Shown here: positions 63,643 through 64,000 of the stretch, piece after piece | Position numbering within the stretch: position 1 is the stretch's first letter | Layout: each line of letters begins with the position of its first letter | Assembly: GCF_902713615.1 (NCBI RefSeq) | Contig: NC_052175.1 | Coordinates: forward strand, 7,023,941 to 7,087,940 | Direction: 5' to 3' | Source of the DNA: Scyliorhinus canicula | Taxonomy: Eukaryota | Length of the DNA: 64,000 nucleotides | Made by a program: the position numbers and the translations under genes | Notes under the pieces: model-generated | What the model was told of the DNA's origin: nothing | The model's input: the letters and a program-made list of their open reading frames with translations, nothing else | The model's database searches: none

Positions 63643-64000
63643 CATAGAACATAGAACTGTACAGCACAGTGCAGACCCTTCGACCCACGATTTTGCGCAG
63701 AACTAGTCTGAAACTAAGGTCAAATCAACCTACTCCCTATCATTCTGGTGCACTCCATATGCCTATCCAATAACCGCTTGCAAGTTCCTAAAGTCTGCGA
63801 CTCCACTATCATAGATGGGAGTCTGTTCCACGCCCCAAGCACTCTCTGAGTAAAGAACCTGCATCTGACATCCCTCCTATATCTTCTACCATGAACCTTA
63901 TAGTTATGCCCCCTTGTAACAGCTACATCCACTCGACGAAAACGTCGCCGAACCTCCACTCCATCTATCCCTCTCATCCTCCTTCGCTCCAATGAGAAAA
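63643..64000 (-). mobile_element. CR1 3' end with (TTCTATG)n tail
   Basis: ORF 63720..63992 (FFTQRVLGAWNRLP). Confidence 0.88.

Overview
Eukaryotic, repeat-dense genomic DNA, most likely from a shark or other elasmobranch (HE1/V-SINE-type SINEs, CR1/L1 LINEs, Penelope-type fragments, a Deu-type SINE). Bases 2.5-24.2 kb are one 15-bp tandem array; its long ORFs are artefacts. Bases 24-56 kb are nested, decayed transposons and minisatellites, with three assembly gaps in the window. The one gene I can support is on the minus strand at 63189..56551 and was assembled by hand from six GT-AG exons with consistent phases: leader, germline-joined VJ domain, C1-set domain, uncharged TM with stalk Cys, and two cytoplasmic exons ending in an ITIM/ITSM-like TLYAHL. 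It predicts an intact 300-aa antigen-receptor-like but non-rearranging, probably inhibitory receptor. Secondary points: a minimal hammerhead ribozyme in a Penelope-type hairpin, a minisatellite derived from L1 RT sequence, a recurrent CR1/V-SINE composite, and an unclassified decayed coding element with two diverged copies. All alignments and translations were done by eye; no database searches were run.
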